Source of the DNA: Antedon mediterranea
Lineage: Eukaryota; Animalia; Echinodermata
Assembly: GCF_964355755.1 (NCBI RefSeq)
Contig: NC_092672.1
Coordinates: 31,440,437-31,504,436 of the forward strand
Length of the DNA stretch: 64,000 bases
Direction: 5' to 3'
Shown here: one piece after another, positions 10,608 through 24,972 of the stretch
How positions within the stretch are numbered: the stretch's first letter is position 1
How the letters are laid out: the number at the start of each line of letters is the position of its first letter
Translations under genes and position numbers: made by a program
The notes under the pieces: model-generated
Told to the model about the DNA's origin: nothing
The model's input: only the letters and a program-made list of their open reading frames with translations
The model's database searches: none

Positions 10608-12621
10608 TAGGTATCCCAATGAAAAAATTCAGATTAATTTTTTTACATTTTCTTTCAGTTAACCACAAAGAACTTAATGTAATTAGCATTTTGCGATTTA
10701 AATGATTGAAATCCGATTACCCGTTCTAAAGTTATGGTTATTTAAAGTGGTAAAAAAATATACGATTTTTTGCCTAAAAATGGTGTTTTTTGCAGTTGAA
10801 ATTGGAAGCATTTTTAAAAGGTTATAACTTTTACAATAATTAGTTAAAAGTTTTGAATTTTGTTAAACCTATAGATATCACAGAGTTGTACAACTCTATT
10901 TTTTTTGGAGCCTCAACGAAACTTATTTTTTAAATTATTGGTCCGCAAAGTGGTAGGAAAGCATTTAACGCCCATTTTTGCTGGAATTCCCTAAAAAATG
11001 AAAAAACTGCTATTTTTCAATGATCTGTAACTTTTGAACTACTGTACTAATTCATTTAATTTTTTTTGTAATTGTTAGAATGTAGTGTATATTTCATTAA
11101 TAAATATATTTTAGATGTGTATATGAAAAAAAAAATTTTTTTAATGGTGAAATTTAAAATTATAAAAAGAAAAAATGAAAAAGTATGTTAAAAACGGTGT
11201 GTACTGTTTCCTTTCTTTTACACTAATTTTCGGTAAGTATAATTATTAGAATATTTTAATATACTTTATATTTATAATTTCAATCATAAATACTATTATA
11301 TATAACTTTTGAATACGTAAAACAAGATTTTAGGCCCATATGATTATGACACCAAATCTAAGCCGGGCTGCTAAGTAAGATATGCTCTTTTAAGGCAAAC
11401 GCACAATATGGGTCAAAATAAACTCATTTAAAATAATCAATGTTAATTAAAACAATTAATTGTTTACCTGAATAGTATATATAACATTATAAAAATTGTT
11501 TTCTTTTCGTATTATTACGTTATTAAATTGAAATACGGAGCTAAAGTTTAGGCCAAGTCACGGCTTACTCGCGATCAGTAGTCGCTCCGTTAAAGTATTT
11601 CGGTCGCAGTTAATGACTTTCGGCCGCCGTATACAGAGTCAAATGTAACGTTGGTAAATTAGCTTAATAAATTTCCTCGGTACATTTTAACCTAACGCAT
11701 TTGCATTGTATACTTGCATAATAAATCTTCCGCACATTACATCAATTTTAAGTTGTTAAATTAATGTGTAAAACCAGATATTCTACGACGGAAAAGGACA
11801 TGTCAATCTCCGACATCGCTGCTGTCACACATCTCGCGTCGAGCCGGTCGAACTCGAGCGAGGAAAACTAAACAACGTGTTCAAAATATGGAACGTACCA
11901 TTCGCTGATAGGGTGCATTAATGTATTTAACGGAAAACGCCACAACAAACACGCGCGTATTTTAGAGTACAATATTTTACTCACTACAATATTCACCGGA
12001 TTATAATGGTTGGATCTTTAAAATTTTGAACGGGATTTACGCCTCATGCACCATTTTAAAATGTAGTTCGCTCAATTACCATGCACAATACGTTTGTAAA
12101 CTATGTTTTATCGATTTCAATGTAGATTTAGCTATAATTTAATACCAAAATCCATAATATTTTTCCATAAACGGTGAATCAAAATTGGATTTTTGTCACA
12201 AAAATTGACTTTTCGTTACGAAAAACCTATTTATAGAAGACGATTTTCGTATCAAATTAAAGCTTATTTAAAGCCTGATAACATACAACAAAAATTAATC
12301 CGCTAGCTCCAATGGTAATCGTGCGATCGTGTTTTGAAAACTGATGGGGATTTTCCGATGAGGTTTTCAACGCGCGGAAATCGGCTCGACGGGATTTTAG
12401 AACCGTTTTAAAATCGCATTTTCTCGGCAACTAATTCATTAATTTTAATTATAAACACACTTATACATAGATTAAAACAAGTACTTTCAAACAATATAAA
12501 TTTTGTAAGTATTAATTAAGATTGAATACGATTTATTTAACATCAAAGTCATACTACTTTTTTGAATTTCGTCAATATTTCAAAAGTGATACCCCTCTGT
12601 GCGCTTTCATTGGGATACCTA
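10608..12621. mobile_element. 2,014-bp non-autonomous TIR DNA transposon (17-bp perfect TIR, 7-bp TSD)
   Basis: TAGGTATCCCAATGAAA at 10608 and TTTCATTGGGATACCTA ending 12621, flanked by direct repeat TTAAAAG. CpG-rich core and no ORF of 60 aa or more. Confidence 0.85.
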
Positions 12622-15600
12622 TTAAAAGATTACACTAAAGGCTTGGATAGCTATATGATTTAAGAAACAAGCTTTGTTATTGGTTAAAAGTAATACAAGT
12701 GAAACTTAAGAGGGCAGCAAACAGATTTAACAAACAGAACACAGACCAGTCTGTTCATTGTTTTATCCACGTATTTTATCTATCTATCATCTATTCAAAT
12801 GTCACACTCATTTATCAAAAAAACAAAAAAGTTTTATAATATTATTTTTTTCCACAGTATTATTAGTAATATCAGTTTAGTTCATTGAATTTAAATCTTC
12901 AAAATCCAAATATTCAAATAACACTCAATCAGAACAAATGAAAAATAGATAAATCACTATATATTAAAATGCATAACATTGGTGAAGGATTGAAAATGAG
13001 ATAAAGACTGAATTATTAAGATTGAATTTTATTCTATTCCTTTCACATATAACAACTTACTACAAACTAATTTGGGTGTATTCATAGATAAATGTATCAT
13101 TTGTATTTTCAATTCAAATAATCTTTTATTGGTCTAAAATTTATATAAAAATCTTTGTTAATGAATAAACATTTATATCTGAGGATTGAAAATGATAGAA
13201 GACTGAATTTTTAAGATTGAATTTTGATATAAATTATATTCAAATAACGCACACCAACATCAACAAACTATATATATTTAATTTATAAAGATTATTATTT
13301 ATAATTTGATATATAAACATTGATTAAGGATTAAAGATTGAAAATAAGAGAATCTTTGATTTTGTAAGCTTAAATTTGTACGTCAGTAAATCCGTGTCGA
13401 CAATCTTTCTCACACTATTACGTCAAGAATATTTAACTGAACCGAAGGCCTTTCTCTATACACTAATCAACCATTCGTTTGCCCTTAAAAATTCCTTCGG
13501 TCAAATTCGTTAAGATGGTTTCTGTTTTTTTCTTTTTTATTTTTGGATCTTCTGATTAAAAACATGGCTCTCGTTTTCAACTCTTGACTCCTCATTGCGT
13601 TCCATTAAGTAATATTTGGCTGTTACTATAGTAACCTTGAATAAATTACAATAATAATTGTTTGACTTTTCAAAAATGAATACCTGGCTATTTTGCTACA
13701 GGTACACAAGTGAACTGTCACTGTAACTTAACCCATGCGTAATGAGCGTTCAGGTTGAAGGCACAGGCAACAAACCTTTCTTATGTTTGTATTGAATATC
13801 TCATTGTTCTTAATTACCGGTACCATATGAACAGAGTACAATTTATATATTTTAAATAATTTACTCATAAATCATAATATTTTCAGCATATATAAGGTTT
13901 GTTAAGTGTCGCAGTATATATTTGAGATTATGAAGTCTCCTATTACACTACTCAAAAATATATTCCACGAATCTTAAATATTGTGGCAATTTCCCAGATT
14001 GTATAAACTCGACTAAAAGGAAATTGCAAGCTAGACCATTATCGATAAAGATAAGTTCAGGGAATACTCATAAATTTCTGTTTCCAGGAAAAAAAATGGC
14101 TATTAATAGTTTATCCAGGTATTCTAGGCATGAAATGGTTTTCAGAGATTCAAGAATTTTCGATAAACAATCAAACGTGAACTCTCTAAACGTCTGAGAG
14201 GCAGATAAAAAAAAATACTACAAGATTCACAAATGTACGGAATATCAAGATATAAGCTGGTAGATTTAACTAATAGCCACCGACCAATGAGATAATAAAA
14301 TGAAAATGAAAAAATCTTCCTCTGATTGAAAAAAATCTGTTTCATAACTTTGACTGAAAACAACATAATTTATAACGCTTCTATTTAATTTCCTCCTTTT
14401 TGGAAATTATCTTCGATTTTGGATGCAAAACGATCTAGTGTAATTTCCTAAATGCACAAAAGCTGTCAGACTAGAATCATAACATTTACTATATAAAATT
14501 GTTGGATAATTATTTTGAATATCACACATAGTGATGCTACGCAACAACACATTATTATTATTGGCTTACAAATAATTTATCACAATTAATCACTAATCTT
14601 TCTAAAAATCTTTGTATGTTATTGATCTTGTAGAAAACGAAAGAAAAAGGTTGACTTCAATGGAATGGAAAAAGTGAATTATTGCTGTTGAAAAGATGTT
14701 TTCACATAAAAAATGTTATATTTTTCAATAGTATACTGTTGCTGTCAGCTCTTCATACACAACTTTGACATAACTACAGAATAAAAAGATGATATAATAA
14801 TATCATCCTTAAACTCTGACATTTATTATATATTTTTTTTCATGTGACATCAATGTATTGCAATATTGCATTTATTTATACAGTATCATATGGCTTTTGA
14901 ATTTTATAAATTATTTTAAAATCAAGGTTTTGGTGAGGCGAGACATTTCATTTCTGATGCATAATGGCAAACAAGTCTAACTAAACATAAACTTCATAAT
15001 TTCTCAAAATGCAATACTAGAAGCATGTGTAAGCGTAAGCAACTGAAGATAAAAATAAGGATTTGCCCGAAAAATTGTCATGAGCGTAAGTCCATTAATT
15101 TCACTGCTGTTTTTGCTCTGCTCAGGAAATGTTATTTACACATTATTCAATCAATTATTTGGTCTTCACAAAAACAGACCCTAGGACTGCATATGGGACC
15201 AATAAGATTGATGAACCAACCCACAGTACATACAGCATATGGAAGAAATCAGAGAGAGGAAGCAGTTAAATATAACCATTCACCACTATAGTGCAAGGAC
15301 AATATGGAGAAGACAACAAACACCAGTCTAGGTCTTCCATTTCAAATGATTTATGAGAAATGTCAAGAACAAATAGAGGCCATAAAATGGAAACAAAATC
15401 AGGTCAGGTACCCAATTAGAAAAGTAATCAAAGTACTGTGATTTTACAAGTTCATTTAATAAAATCAACGAAGCGTGAACACCCGCTTCTTTCATTTAAG
15501 CATGAAAACCAACACTTGTCTCCAGGGTTTAGAAAACCAAATGATGATGGGAAGATAAAGAAAAAGTAGTTGAAAAAGTGTGAATAAGTGGAAATCACAG

Positions 15601-17046
15601 GTGTAATATTGTAGAATTAAAATGAAGGAAGAAGTAAGGATGTGAAAGTAGAAGAAGAAGGAAGGTCAAATTAGAAGAGAAAGGAAGAGTCAGGTGTGGA
15701 GCTAAAAAAGAGATTTAAGTTTGCATAATATTAATTTACATATACTACAATTCCTACTAGGTGAAGTGAAAAACCATGAAAGTAAAGTTAGCCAAAAGGA
15801 GTATTTCTAATTCATGGGATTATTTTTTCCATTCTGCTAACAACAGCCTTATCAAATCAAACACTTGTCCAGGTAAAAATAAAAGCATAAATATTTCATT
15901 TGTATGTTTTCTTAATATATACATTTTCAGAAATGTTCAACCTTTAATTTTGACATAAAATTAATAAATACCATCAAAAAGACACAATAAATATTGATCA
16001 TAAAAATTTAAGTTGAATAATTTTATCAGATAGACGAATATATTTGAATAGTTTTAATATAAAATGCGAAGAGATGAAAAAATATCCAACATTAAGCCAA
16101 GATACATGGGTCATGTTAAGGTCAACCTTGATGATTTCCTAACTAATAATGAAAATATTTTCCATCATCTATCTTAGATAATACTATAAAAAATAGCTGT
16201 AAGGTAGATACAAAAAATGCAAATGGGGATATGCTCATCCTTGCCATCTGCGTGTGTAATTTTCACAGAATTTAAATTTTATACATTATCATTTACAAAT
16301 TACAGTTGAATGATTGCACTTTTTTCCAGTCTGCGAATCCCTTGACTCGCGTCTCATTACTAATAAAAATTGTCTTCAGTTTATGTTGTCTTCTCCAAGG
16401 TTGAATTTTTACTCCCCTACATTGCCAAATAAATCGCATATGTCTGATAATTTATATATATATATATTGATTTTCTTACAACCATTAGGGTTTTCTCAAT
16501 CTTGAATAATCAACATTATTGCTTTTCAGTCGTTTTCAGATCCTGGATTTTGAAATAGGGGGGCCGAGGACGTAAACATTGTGAAAATTAAGTGCTAAAC
16601 TTTGCATTTTTATTTCGATAATCTAACCGCTTATGTGCTTCCCCAGTAAACATTAACCTTTCCAGCTTTGAAATAATTCCTAAAGTATATCTAGAGACCC
16701 CAGAGAGCAGCAGCAAATGTGCTAATAAATAGGTCTAGCTCATGAAAATGTGTTTGTCCAATTCTACCTGAGCGAAAGGGAAAATTAATTTACTACTGCT
16801 TGGCCTAATACAATATTAACCTCTTTTGGTACCCAAGTCAAGCGATTTTGGTTAAACTAAATAATCCTACTGTACCAATCATGGCTATGGTCTTGATATA
16901 TATATATTTTTCATGAACATCAATGTTTACCAAAACTTTGATATTATTTAGTACTGTAGTATAGCACTACTAGATTTCAATGTTAATTATTAAGTTCAAT
17001 ATTTTTAGGACTAAAATGATGTTGAATTGAGAAAATCCTTGCTTAC

Positions 17047-17085
17047 CTTTCAATGTATCCCTTCACATGCAACGGCCTTTCACAC
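17047..17085 (-). CDS. 39-nt coding exon continuing the LIM domain: (K)CERPLHVKGYIE(R/S)
   Basis: Minus strand reads tttatttgttcgcag|GTGTGAAAGGCCGTTGCATGTGAAGGGATACATTGAAAG|gtaagc, with strong acceptor and donor. Joined to the phase-2 donor at 53839 it gives ...HESCIYCSK-CERPLHVKGYIE, which supplies the next LIM Cys at the correct x2 spacing plus the LIM-typical C-x3-L-x4-Y pattern. Confidence 0.88.
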
Positions 17086-19839
17086 CTGCGAACAAATAAA
17101 GAATTCATGATTATCAAAACGAAGTCATATAATGATAAATGCACAGAAACTAAATCCACTGTATCAATGTTGCTTTTATGTAATTAGTCTTGTTTTATTC
17201 AGAGAGAAAATATAGTCCCAAGAAACTAGAGTGAAAATAAGAACCATGTGTTGGAAACTACTCTCATAAATCTACGCAAAATAAACTGATTATCAATCTT
17301 TAGTAAACATAACAGTCATGCGTAACCATATCAGTCAATCACCCACAAAAAATAAATTGCGTCTTAGGGGGGCTAACAGAACAACATGAACCCAATTACG
17401 CAGAGAATTCCAATTAATCCGGTTAATTAACACAGAAAAGCATTAGAACAACCCTGAAAAAGTTTTGTTTTTACGGTTGACTGGGTCCAATTAGAATCCC
17501 CTCCAGTGCATCACTTTAGGCCCACTGAAGCCGGTACTTAGAGTAAATTAACTCAACGATCGCTACCTGTTGAACAAGTCAACTACTTAGGAATGTAATC
17601 ATGTAACGCCTATTGACAAGCCTTTCAAAGCGGGTTTTCCAAATTCCTTCTTTAATCGACTGCATCTTACAGATCAATGAAGTATTTATCAGGTAGTTTC
17701 TTAATCGGGTAAAATAACTGTTATCCAAATATTTCTTTGGCACTTTAGTCGGAGAAAGCTTTAGAAAAAGTTTACTGTAGCGAAACAATTTGTAAACTTC
17801 ACCGATAGCTAAGTAACTTTGTGGGAAAATATTGAGGATAAATTTAGTAAATAAGACCTTCCAATGTGGGATTTATTTAAATATTGTATAATACTCGGGC
17901 TATACAAGAAAAATGCTTTATTGTAAGTTTGTAAATTCATTAAAAGAAATGTTTAACAATTTTATGAATCCTTTCAAATTATTTTAGAATTATTTTGTAT
18001 TTTCATCACACACCATAGAATTTTAAATATTTTTGGCTAAAAAAAAAATGTTGTTTTGACAGAAAAATTGTACATATTTTGTATAAATATCATTACAGTT
18101 AAAATAAATGTTTAGTTGTTAGAAATATTGCCCTGTTAATGGAGCCATTTAAGAAATTATGTCCTAATCAGCTACAAAACATTCCAATTACTCATTTTAA
18201 AATTTACAGTTTTCTGAAATCACATCCTAATTAATTTATGCGCAAAAACGAAGCAAAGAGTAAACCGTGCACAGAATCGTCTTAATTTATTAAATTTATT
18301 AATGATTATCATTGACAGGATGTATTGCGATTTAATCACACCATCATCAGGGGTTAAATTTCAAACTTGACATTCGTATTGTTCATCAAGGTAATTATGA
18401 ATTATTAACGATGATTAATACGCAGTATTCCAAAGCCATTAATCAACTTTGCATTGCAGCATACATTTGTTTTACATAAACAAACACATTAAATAAACCA
18501 TTCTCATTTTGTCAAAATGGTATGCCTATCAATTACACTTCAAATTTTGTATAAAATTGAATTGGATAATAGAAATGAAAATCAAGAAATGAAATCTGAC
18601 TATTATAACAGCATACTTTTATTCAATGTTGAACTTCAGAAAAAGATCAAATTTGAGTTTTTTTTATATTTATCATAAAATAAAATATAAACATTGTAAA
18701 CATAAATAAAACATACTAAATCATGGGAAGGGCTAAAAAAATAGTCACAACTTTTTTGGAACCTCATCAAGATATTGCTCTGACCTATGACACTGCCTCG
18801 TCCCCACGGATGGATGGACAGACAGACAGACAGACAGACAGTACTCTTTCATTTGTATACCCAGCACTTCTCTGGTCAAATATAGTGTTTTTGTCATTAG
18901 AAAAAATACAAGAGATATATATATTTTTTTTCAATTCTAAAACTGTTATTCTTTTAAATAAAATTATTAACTGTACTATTCATTTATATCATGAATTCTA
19001 GGTCCAAATCCTAAATTCCATTACCAGGTAGTACATGTGTAGAACATTTATAATACTGTAGAAAATTTGAAGTTAAGGAACAAATACTGTATAATACGAC
19101 GTACTGAGAATTCATCTGGACATGTTGGCCAATTCGCTTTGACCAATTCTGCCTCGATCAAGAAGAACACTGACCGGACGATTATGATTTAATACCTTGA
19201 TACTTGACTGTTGGTTCATTTTACCATACTTGAATTTATGTTTGTATTTATAGAAAAATGTTACCTACTTATACTATTTATTGACAGATTCAGAAGGTCT
19301 ATTAGCTTCAATAAATGCTGTAATAAAATTGTCTAAATTTAGAAATATAAATCTAAGAATATAAAAGCTTACGATCTTAAACTTAAGTAGCGTTGGTATG
19401 TTACGTGGATAAACAACATTTGTCTTGTTTTTCCAAGTAAGATAACATGAATACAAAATTATTAAATTAAATATCTCCCCTACCCCTGCTAAGGGAATGG
19501 AATTATCTCTGTTGCCTAATGAAATAAAAGATATAAAAGTTCATAAACAGAGATGAAATACATGTTATATTTACTGTATTGATATTACCACTGTGCTAGT
19601 AGATAGTGACTTTTAAAAATAGGAATTTGCATAAATGCCTTGTTCAGTAGCCAATAGTTTCACAGGAAGAGATCCTAGAGGAAAGGGGAACCCTTCCCCT
19701 ACTAGCAGCAACTTTGTACTGTCAGTAACTCCTGGTTTGGGTTTTTTAAATTGTTTGAATAGGTTATGTGCAATGTATTCACTATTGTTGGGCTAGTCCA
19801 TTGAACTTTTTGTTATCTATTGTTTTCAGTGGGCAAGTA

Positions 19840-20146
19840 TGTGGAGCCAAATACTGTTTTACCATTCTATTGATTTAAGAATGTTACGGACAGCACAGTC
19901 CCACAATGCATATTTAAATATAATGACGACAAACACAAATAATTGTATTTTCGAACACCTCAGAACACCTGATATAGCATTTATCCTTATTTGTACATAT
20001 TTTACAGTACTGTGTATTTTACTTTGTGTTTTAACTTTTTACTGATTTTATTCTATTTTTATATTAAGTTGCCATGAGAAAAATAAATTTCAAATCTTTC
20101 GTTGATGAACTATTTGACAATAAAGTTATCTAATTGTATCTTGTAT
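19840..20146 (+). mobile_element. Probable decayed LINE 3' end/UTR
   Basis: T-rich UTR-like stretch ending aataaagttatctaattgtatcttgtat. Similar AATAAAGTT(T)ATC + short-repeat tails occur at ~28845-28865 and ~41479-41510 ((TCAA)n). Confidence 0.35.
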
Positions 20147-20801
20147 AAAAAAAACAACTTCAGTAGTTTTATATTTTTACTTCATTGGAAATAATATTGT
20201 ATGTGGGTAGTTAATCAACACCCACACGGAAACATAATGAAGAACGATAATAACATGGTGTTGTATTCCTACAATTTAAATTATTATAATTATTCTTACA
20301 ATTCATCATTTTAAGTCTTAATATTTCACAGATAGTTGATATACTTTCGTTTGTCGCCACCCACCTCACAATCTTCTACGTGAACTTTAAATGTTAACGA
20401 TATTCTTAATGCGAGTCTACATTTGCCAACACATGCCTTACAGAAGGCAAGGAGTCAATTTTCGAAGATTTATGTGTTTTTATAACATAAAACTGTTGAT
20501 TTAAATTACTTAGCAATATTTAATGAGAGGAAACGTTGATATACTTGACACATTTTTAAACTAGAGTTATTTGGTTTACTAGCCTACGCCTCGGAAATTA
20601 TCAACTGATTTAACAAATAAATGTCTAACATTTTGTTCATCAGAGTTTAATACGGTTAATTATGGTACAACAAAATGTGATGTAACCATGGACACAATGA
20701 TGTTATATCATTAATATATTTGGGCACATCACACTTTTTTTTTCAAACTAGTTTGATAGTGTAGATAGAGTGTAGATTCTTCAGAAGACGGTTGCAGCAT
20801 A

Positions 20802-20962
20802 AAGCTCTGTCTACACTATCAAACTAGTTTAACAAGAAAAGTGTGATGTGCCCAAATATGGTAGTGATATACCAAAATATGGTAGTGATATGACATCATC
20901 ATGTCCATATGGGCACAACACATTTTTTGGTCACATAAACTTTGATAGTGTAGACAGAGCTT
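20802..20962. mobile_element. MITE family A (TIR AAGCTCTGTCTACACTATCAAAC, TA/TWA flanks; Harbinger/Tourist-like), 2 internal 21-mers; a partial copy lies at ~20670-20771
   Basis: Terminal inverted repeats aagctctgtctacactatcaaa / tttgatagtgtagacagagctt. At least 8 related copies are visible in the window. Confidence 0.85.
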
Positions 20963-21529
20963 ACCAACCAAAATGCTGCAACAACTATACTTTACTTCCT
21001 TTGGAAATACATGGTGTATCGCAAACCTAACTTTACTCCAGCGTTATCCACCATGCAGACATTTATACTCATATGCATTATGAATTAATTAAGGATTTTA
21101 ACAAAGAAAGATACTATGTTTAAAGTTTAGTTTCTTTAGTTATTGATTTTAAACTGCACCCTATCATTAAAAGCACACATATTTTGGCTGCGAAGTAGAA
21201 CAGTTATAAAACAACACAAACAAAAGGTCGGTTTTAGAATAAAAACATAAAATTACATTTTACAGGAATGCAAGCAAACACGCTTTCCAAATTGTATTAA
21301 TTTAATTACATTTATGAGTATTGGATTCCTATGCGATATTTGTTTTATTTTTCTTATCTTATTATTTGTTCAAGAACTGAAACTACAATTAGATGTTTTA
21401 CCTTGCAGAAGCAATCTTTCGATTTCAGATTACATATCAATTGAAAATATAGTATACAATTTCATGGCTTGCAAGTATAGCTATTATTAAAATAAAATCT
21501 ACAAAATGTGTAGGCTTACGGTGGGAAAA

Positions 21530-21915
21530 AAATATGAACTTTGACCTCTACAACTTCCCCCTACCCTACACCCACAACTTCTAAATTACAATTAGATAGA
21601 TATGATGGTACATAATAGATTGCATATTAATAAAATATATATACTGTACTGTATATAAAATTCACGAATTCAAATGAACAGATATATGGCAAATATGAGT
21701 TCATGAACTTTGACCTTGGAAATTTATAATTCCTCTAACTCTAACACCTCCCCCTTCCTCCATTTATTTGATATTTAAAGTATGATACCATAGACATTAT
21801 ATTTTGTATCTTCAAAGTATTCATTTCACCCCTGGATAAAGAAACAAGTTGTGTATATTGTGCTGACCTCTACCCTTTAAAACAACCTCTGACATTTACA
21901 ACACCCCCACCATTT
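21530..21915. repeat. Diverged ~165-bp tandem repeat carrying TGAACTTTGACCT (DR1-like) twice
   Basis: atgaactttgacct at ~21535 and ~21702 and tgacctcta at ~21864, each followed by a C-rich tract. Confidence 0.5.
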
Positions 21916-22219
21916 GATAATTATTGATTTTAATTCATAAAACAATCTTGGGTAATAATAACTTGACATGTAAATCAATAGATTTTAATATGGTTGACTT
22001 GTATTATTACTGTAACGCAACACCTTTATTTACATATGGGATATATCACTAACCTTGGAAAATATAATCTAACATTCATATTCTCTCTGTACAATCTATT
22101 GCCTATCTTTCTCAGTGGAATATATTGATATCTGTATCATAATGCTAGAAAATTTGTTTTGAGTGTACGGGTGTTGTTGAAACATGTGAGGGTGGGAATG
22201 TGGGGGTGTATTTGGCCTA

Positions 22220-22359
22220 AAGCTCTGTCTACAATATCAAACTTTATGTGACAAAAAAATGTTATGTGCATATATGGACATGATAAAGTCATATCACTAC
22301 TATATTTGGGTACATGACTACCATATTTGGGCACAAGTTTGATAGTGTAGACAGAGCTT
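22220..22359. mobile_element. MITE family A copy
   Basis: TA|AAGCTCTGTCTACAATATCAAAC ... GTTTGATAGTGTAGACAGAGCTT|TA. Confidence 0.85.
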
Positions 22360-23076
22360 TAGGGATGTACCTCTTATTTAGTGTGGTAAAAGTATTGTAA
22401 ATGATACAGTTTAATCTTAAATTTTTTTTTATAACAGAAATAAAGATTGATTTGATTTCATATGATTTAAAATTCTTTACTATTATTCAAAACATATTTT
22501 GAAAATCAAACTTTCAACCTGAAAACCAACCTTCTGGAGCTAAAGTTTTAGATTTGGGGAGTTAACAATACTTAAACCGATCAATTATTAACTATTTTTT
22601 TGATACTATGTACGATGTCTGGATAGCAATTTCATTGGTTGCAAGGACTAAGGTACCTTGCTTTGAAACAATTACATTTCTCTACCTTGGCTTCTGGCAT
22701 TTCTATTTTAATAGCTGGCAATATCATACTTTTAAGTGGTTAAAGTGTGCTATATTAACGAACGAATCTATATTAGCTGCCAGTGTTGTTAATTGAGCTA
22801 AATATGACTTTCACATAGCAAAAACAATTATGACCTCACAGTCACTGTCTATCCCTCTCTGTCCAATCCCTCTCCCTCAATTGTAAGGACACAATGGAAT
22901 TGTATAGGGTTCCCCTGACTAGGATATTAATTTGTTATTTCATTTCAAATTAAAATGTTTTGATATGATTAATGTATGTATACTTTTGTTTTTTTTTCTG
23001 AATATGCAGATGAATAATAATTATTGTCATAAAAAAACTTAAAATATTATTATATTATACTTTTTTTGTCAGTTAA

Positions 23077-23692
23077 AGACACCTTCCCTACAATTTGTGA
23101 CGTTTTGTAAAAATAATACATATATATTACTTTAAAAACATTAAACCAGGTCATTCCTTGTCTTAAATGTACGTTTTATGGTAAATTATGATAAAAAGTG
23201 AGAAACAATGCACTACCTAGGTAGCTCGCGGCGACTGACCTCTTGTGGACGGTCTTTAGGCCTAGCCTAGCTAGGCTTAGTTTTGTAGGCCTAGCTGGTA
23301 AACATCGGTAACGTACGAACATCTATATACCTAGCCTGACGTTGTATAGTTGCTGCATTAATTTTCTTTCTATTTTTGCCAGACTCCGTTGATACAAATT
23401 GGGGAAAACCCGGTATTTTCACTGAAAAGTTAGGAGTCTTCCATTTGTTTTGGCCGCACGATCGATCGAAAAGTGGGTGAATTACAGAAGAAAAACAGAA
23501 ATATCAATCCGCGCGCAATGCATTTTGGGATTTATAGCGGGCCGCTATAATTATTAGAATCAACTTATTTTTCACATTTTTAACCATTTAAAGACGAAAA
23601 AAGTTATCGCAATAGGACCATATAGTATTATTTTTAGTTTAAATATAGTTTGTGATCTTAAAATAGATCTAAAAAACGTAGGGAAGGTGTCT
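23077..23692. mobile_element. 616-bp non-autonomous Kolobok-like element
   Basis: TTAA|AGACACCTTCCCTAC ... GTAGGGAAGGTGTCT|TTAA: 15-bp perfect TIR, TTAA TSD and RR termini. A related end fragment lies at ~3960-3990. Confidence 0.85.
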
Positions 23693-24889
23693 TTAACAAT
23701 TATCTATCTGCTAATTTCTACTGAAGATTTATTTGCTAAAAGAAACAACTATTTTATAATTGCTTACGCACACAAACACTTAAGTTATTGATTAACATGA
23801 TAAAAGGTCATATTATCTCTTCCAGCAACCAAATATTTACATAGCTTGTTAGATCATTACATCTAACTTGAGAATGAGAAGTCGGCGATGTTATAATAGC
23901 AACTGTTGCCAGTGCGATGAAATTACTGGTTGAGTAGCGCCAGTGGTGGCGCCAGGATTTGCTAGAAAAATGTATCGATTTCATCTGGTTTTAATGTAGT
24001 AATAAGATTGAAGATATCTTATTAATATTAAGTTATGTTTTCACGGATCATACACAATTATTCTACTGCAGTAACTGCATTCTTTTACTGATTTAATGGT
24101 TCAGTTTAACCAGTGCTGTATAATCATATAAAAAGTGTGATGTCTATATAAACTACATTTTCTTGTTTTTTTATTAACAAAAAAAAATTGAATGAAAATG
24201 AATGCAACCAATTGACAACAAATGTAAAATCCAAATACAATAGTAGATAAATAACAAAAATGAAAGAAAAAAGAAAGGAAATATGAAAAGAAAAACGGTA
24301 ACTCACGCTGTTCCAACCGATTTCGACCTTGGTCTCAACGGTGCAAAAGTTCGCTTAACAACAGGCGGCATCACCGAACTGTTCTTTCTCATTTTCACTT
24401 CAGGAGACGGTAAAGTTAAGTAAGAACTCATGGTGTAGAATTATAGTTACAGAATATTCTCAATCAAGAAAGAAATCAGACAGAGTTTAACATCCAGTAA
24501 CCTATCTCATTAGTACTCCAACACTCTTGTCATGTACAGGCAGACGAATTATATTACGATTGAATTATACAACGTTCAATTTCTGCTTTTACGATATTAA
24601 ATCATCTAACTGACGATACGGAAGACTGATCAAAATACATCTATACGATCAACAATTATGACGTAAAAACCCAGACATGCCGTAACTCAAACACCTTTTC
24701 AAACAATAACCATAAAACAGTTTTTCCATTCATAAATTTAATTGCTTTCTTTCTGCAATCATCTGTATATATTTCTTCTCCTTTGTCTTAATTTCACAAA
24801 CAAATGTTACAGAAGAAGCACTTAAAAAGAATCCAATTAGATAGTAAATACAACAACTGTCCAGAATAAATTTTAAATTGTAAAAATGA

Positions 24890-24972
24890 GAAAAACTGAG
24901 CAACCTATAACTTGAACTGTGGAATCTTCTGATTTAACTTGCTGGCACGCTACCATTAGACCGCTGTGACTT
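24890..24972 (-). mobile_element. Degenerate tRNA-derived (SINE-head-like) fragment
   Basis: Minus strand gtcacagcggtctaatggtagcg...acagttcaagt gives A-box/B-box-like motifs. Similar heads at ~4040-4093 and ~24305-24378. No intact cloverleaf. Confidence 0.3.

Noticed and set aside
15025-15420. Purine-rich coding-like stretch with an RTNRGH motif reminiscent of CR1 ORF2
   Set aside because: Multiple stops in all frames and too little similarity to call.
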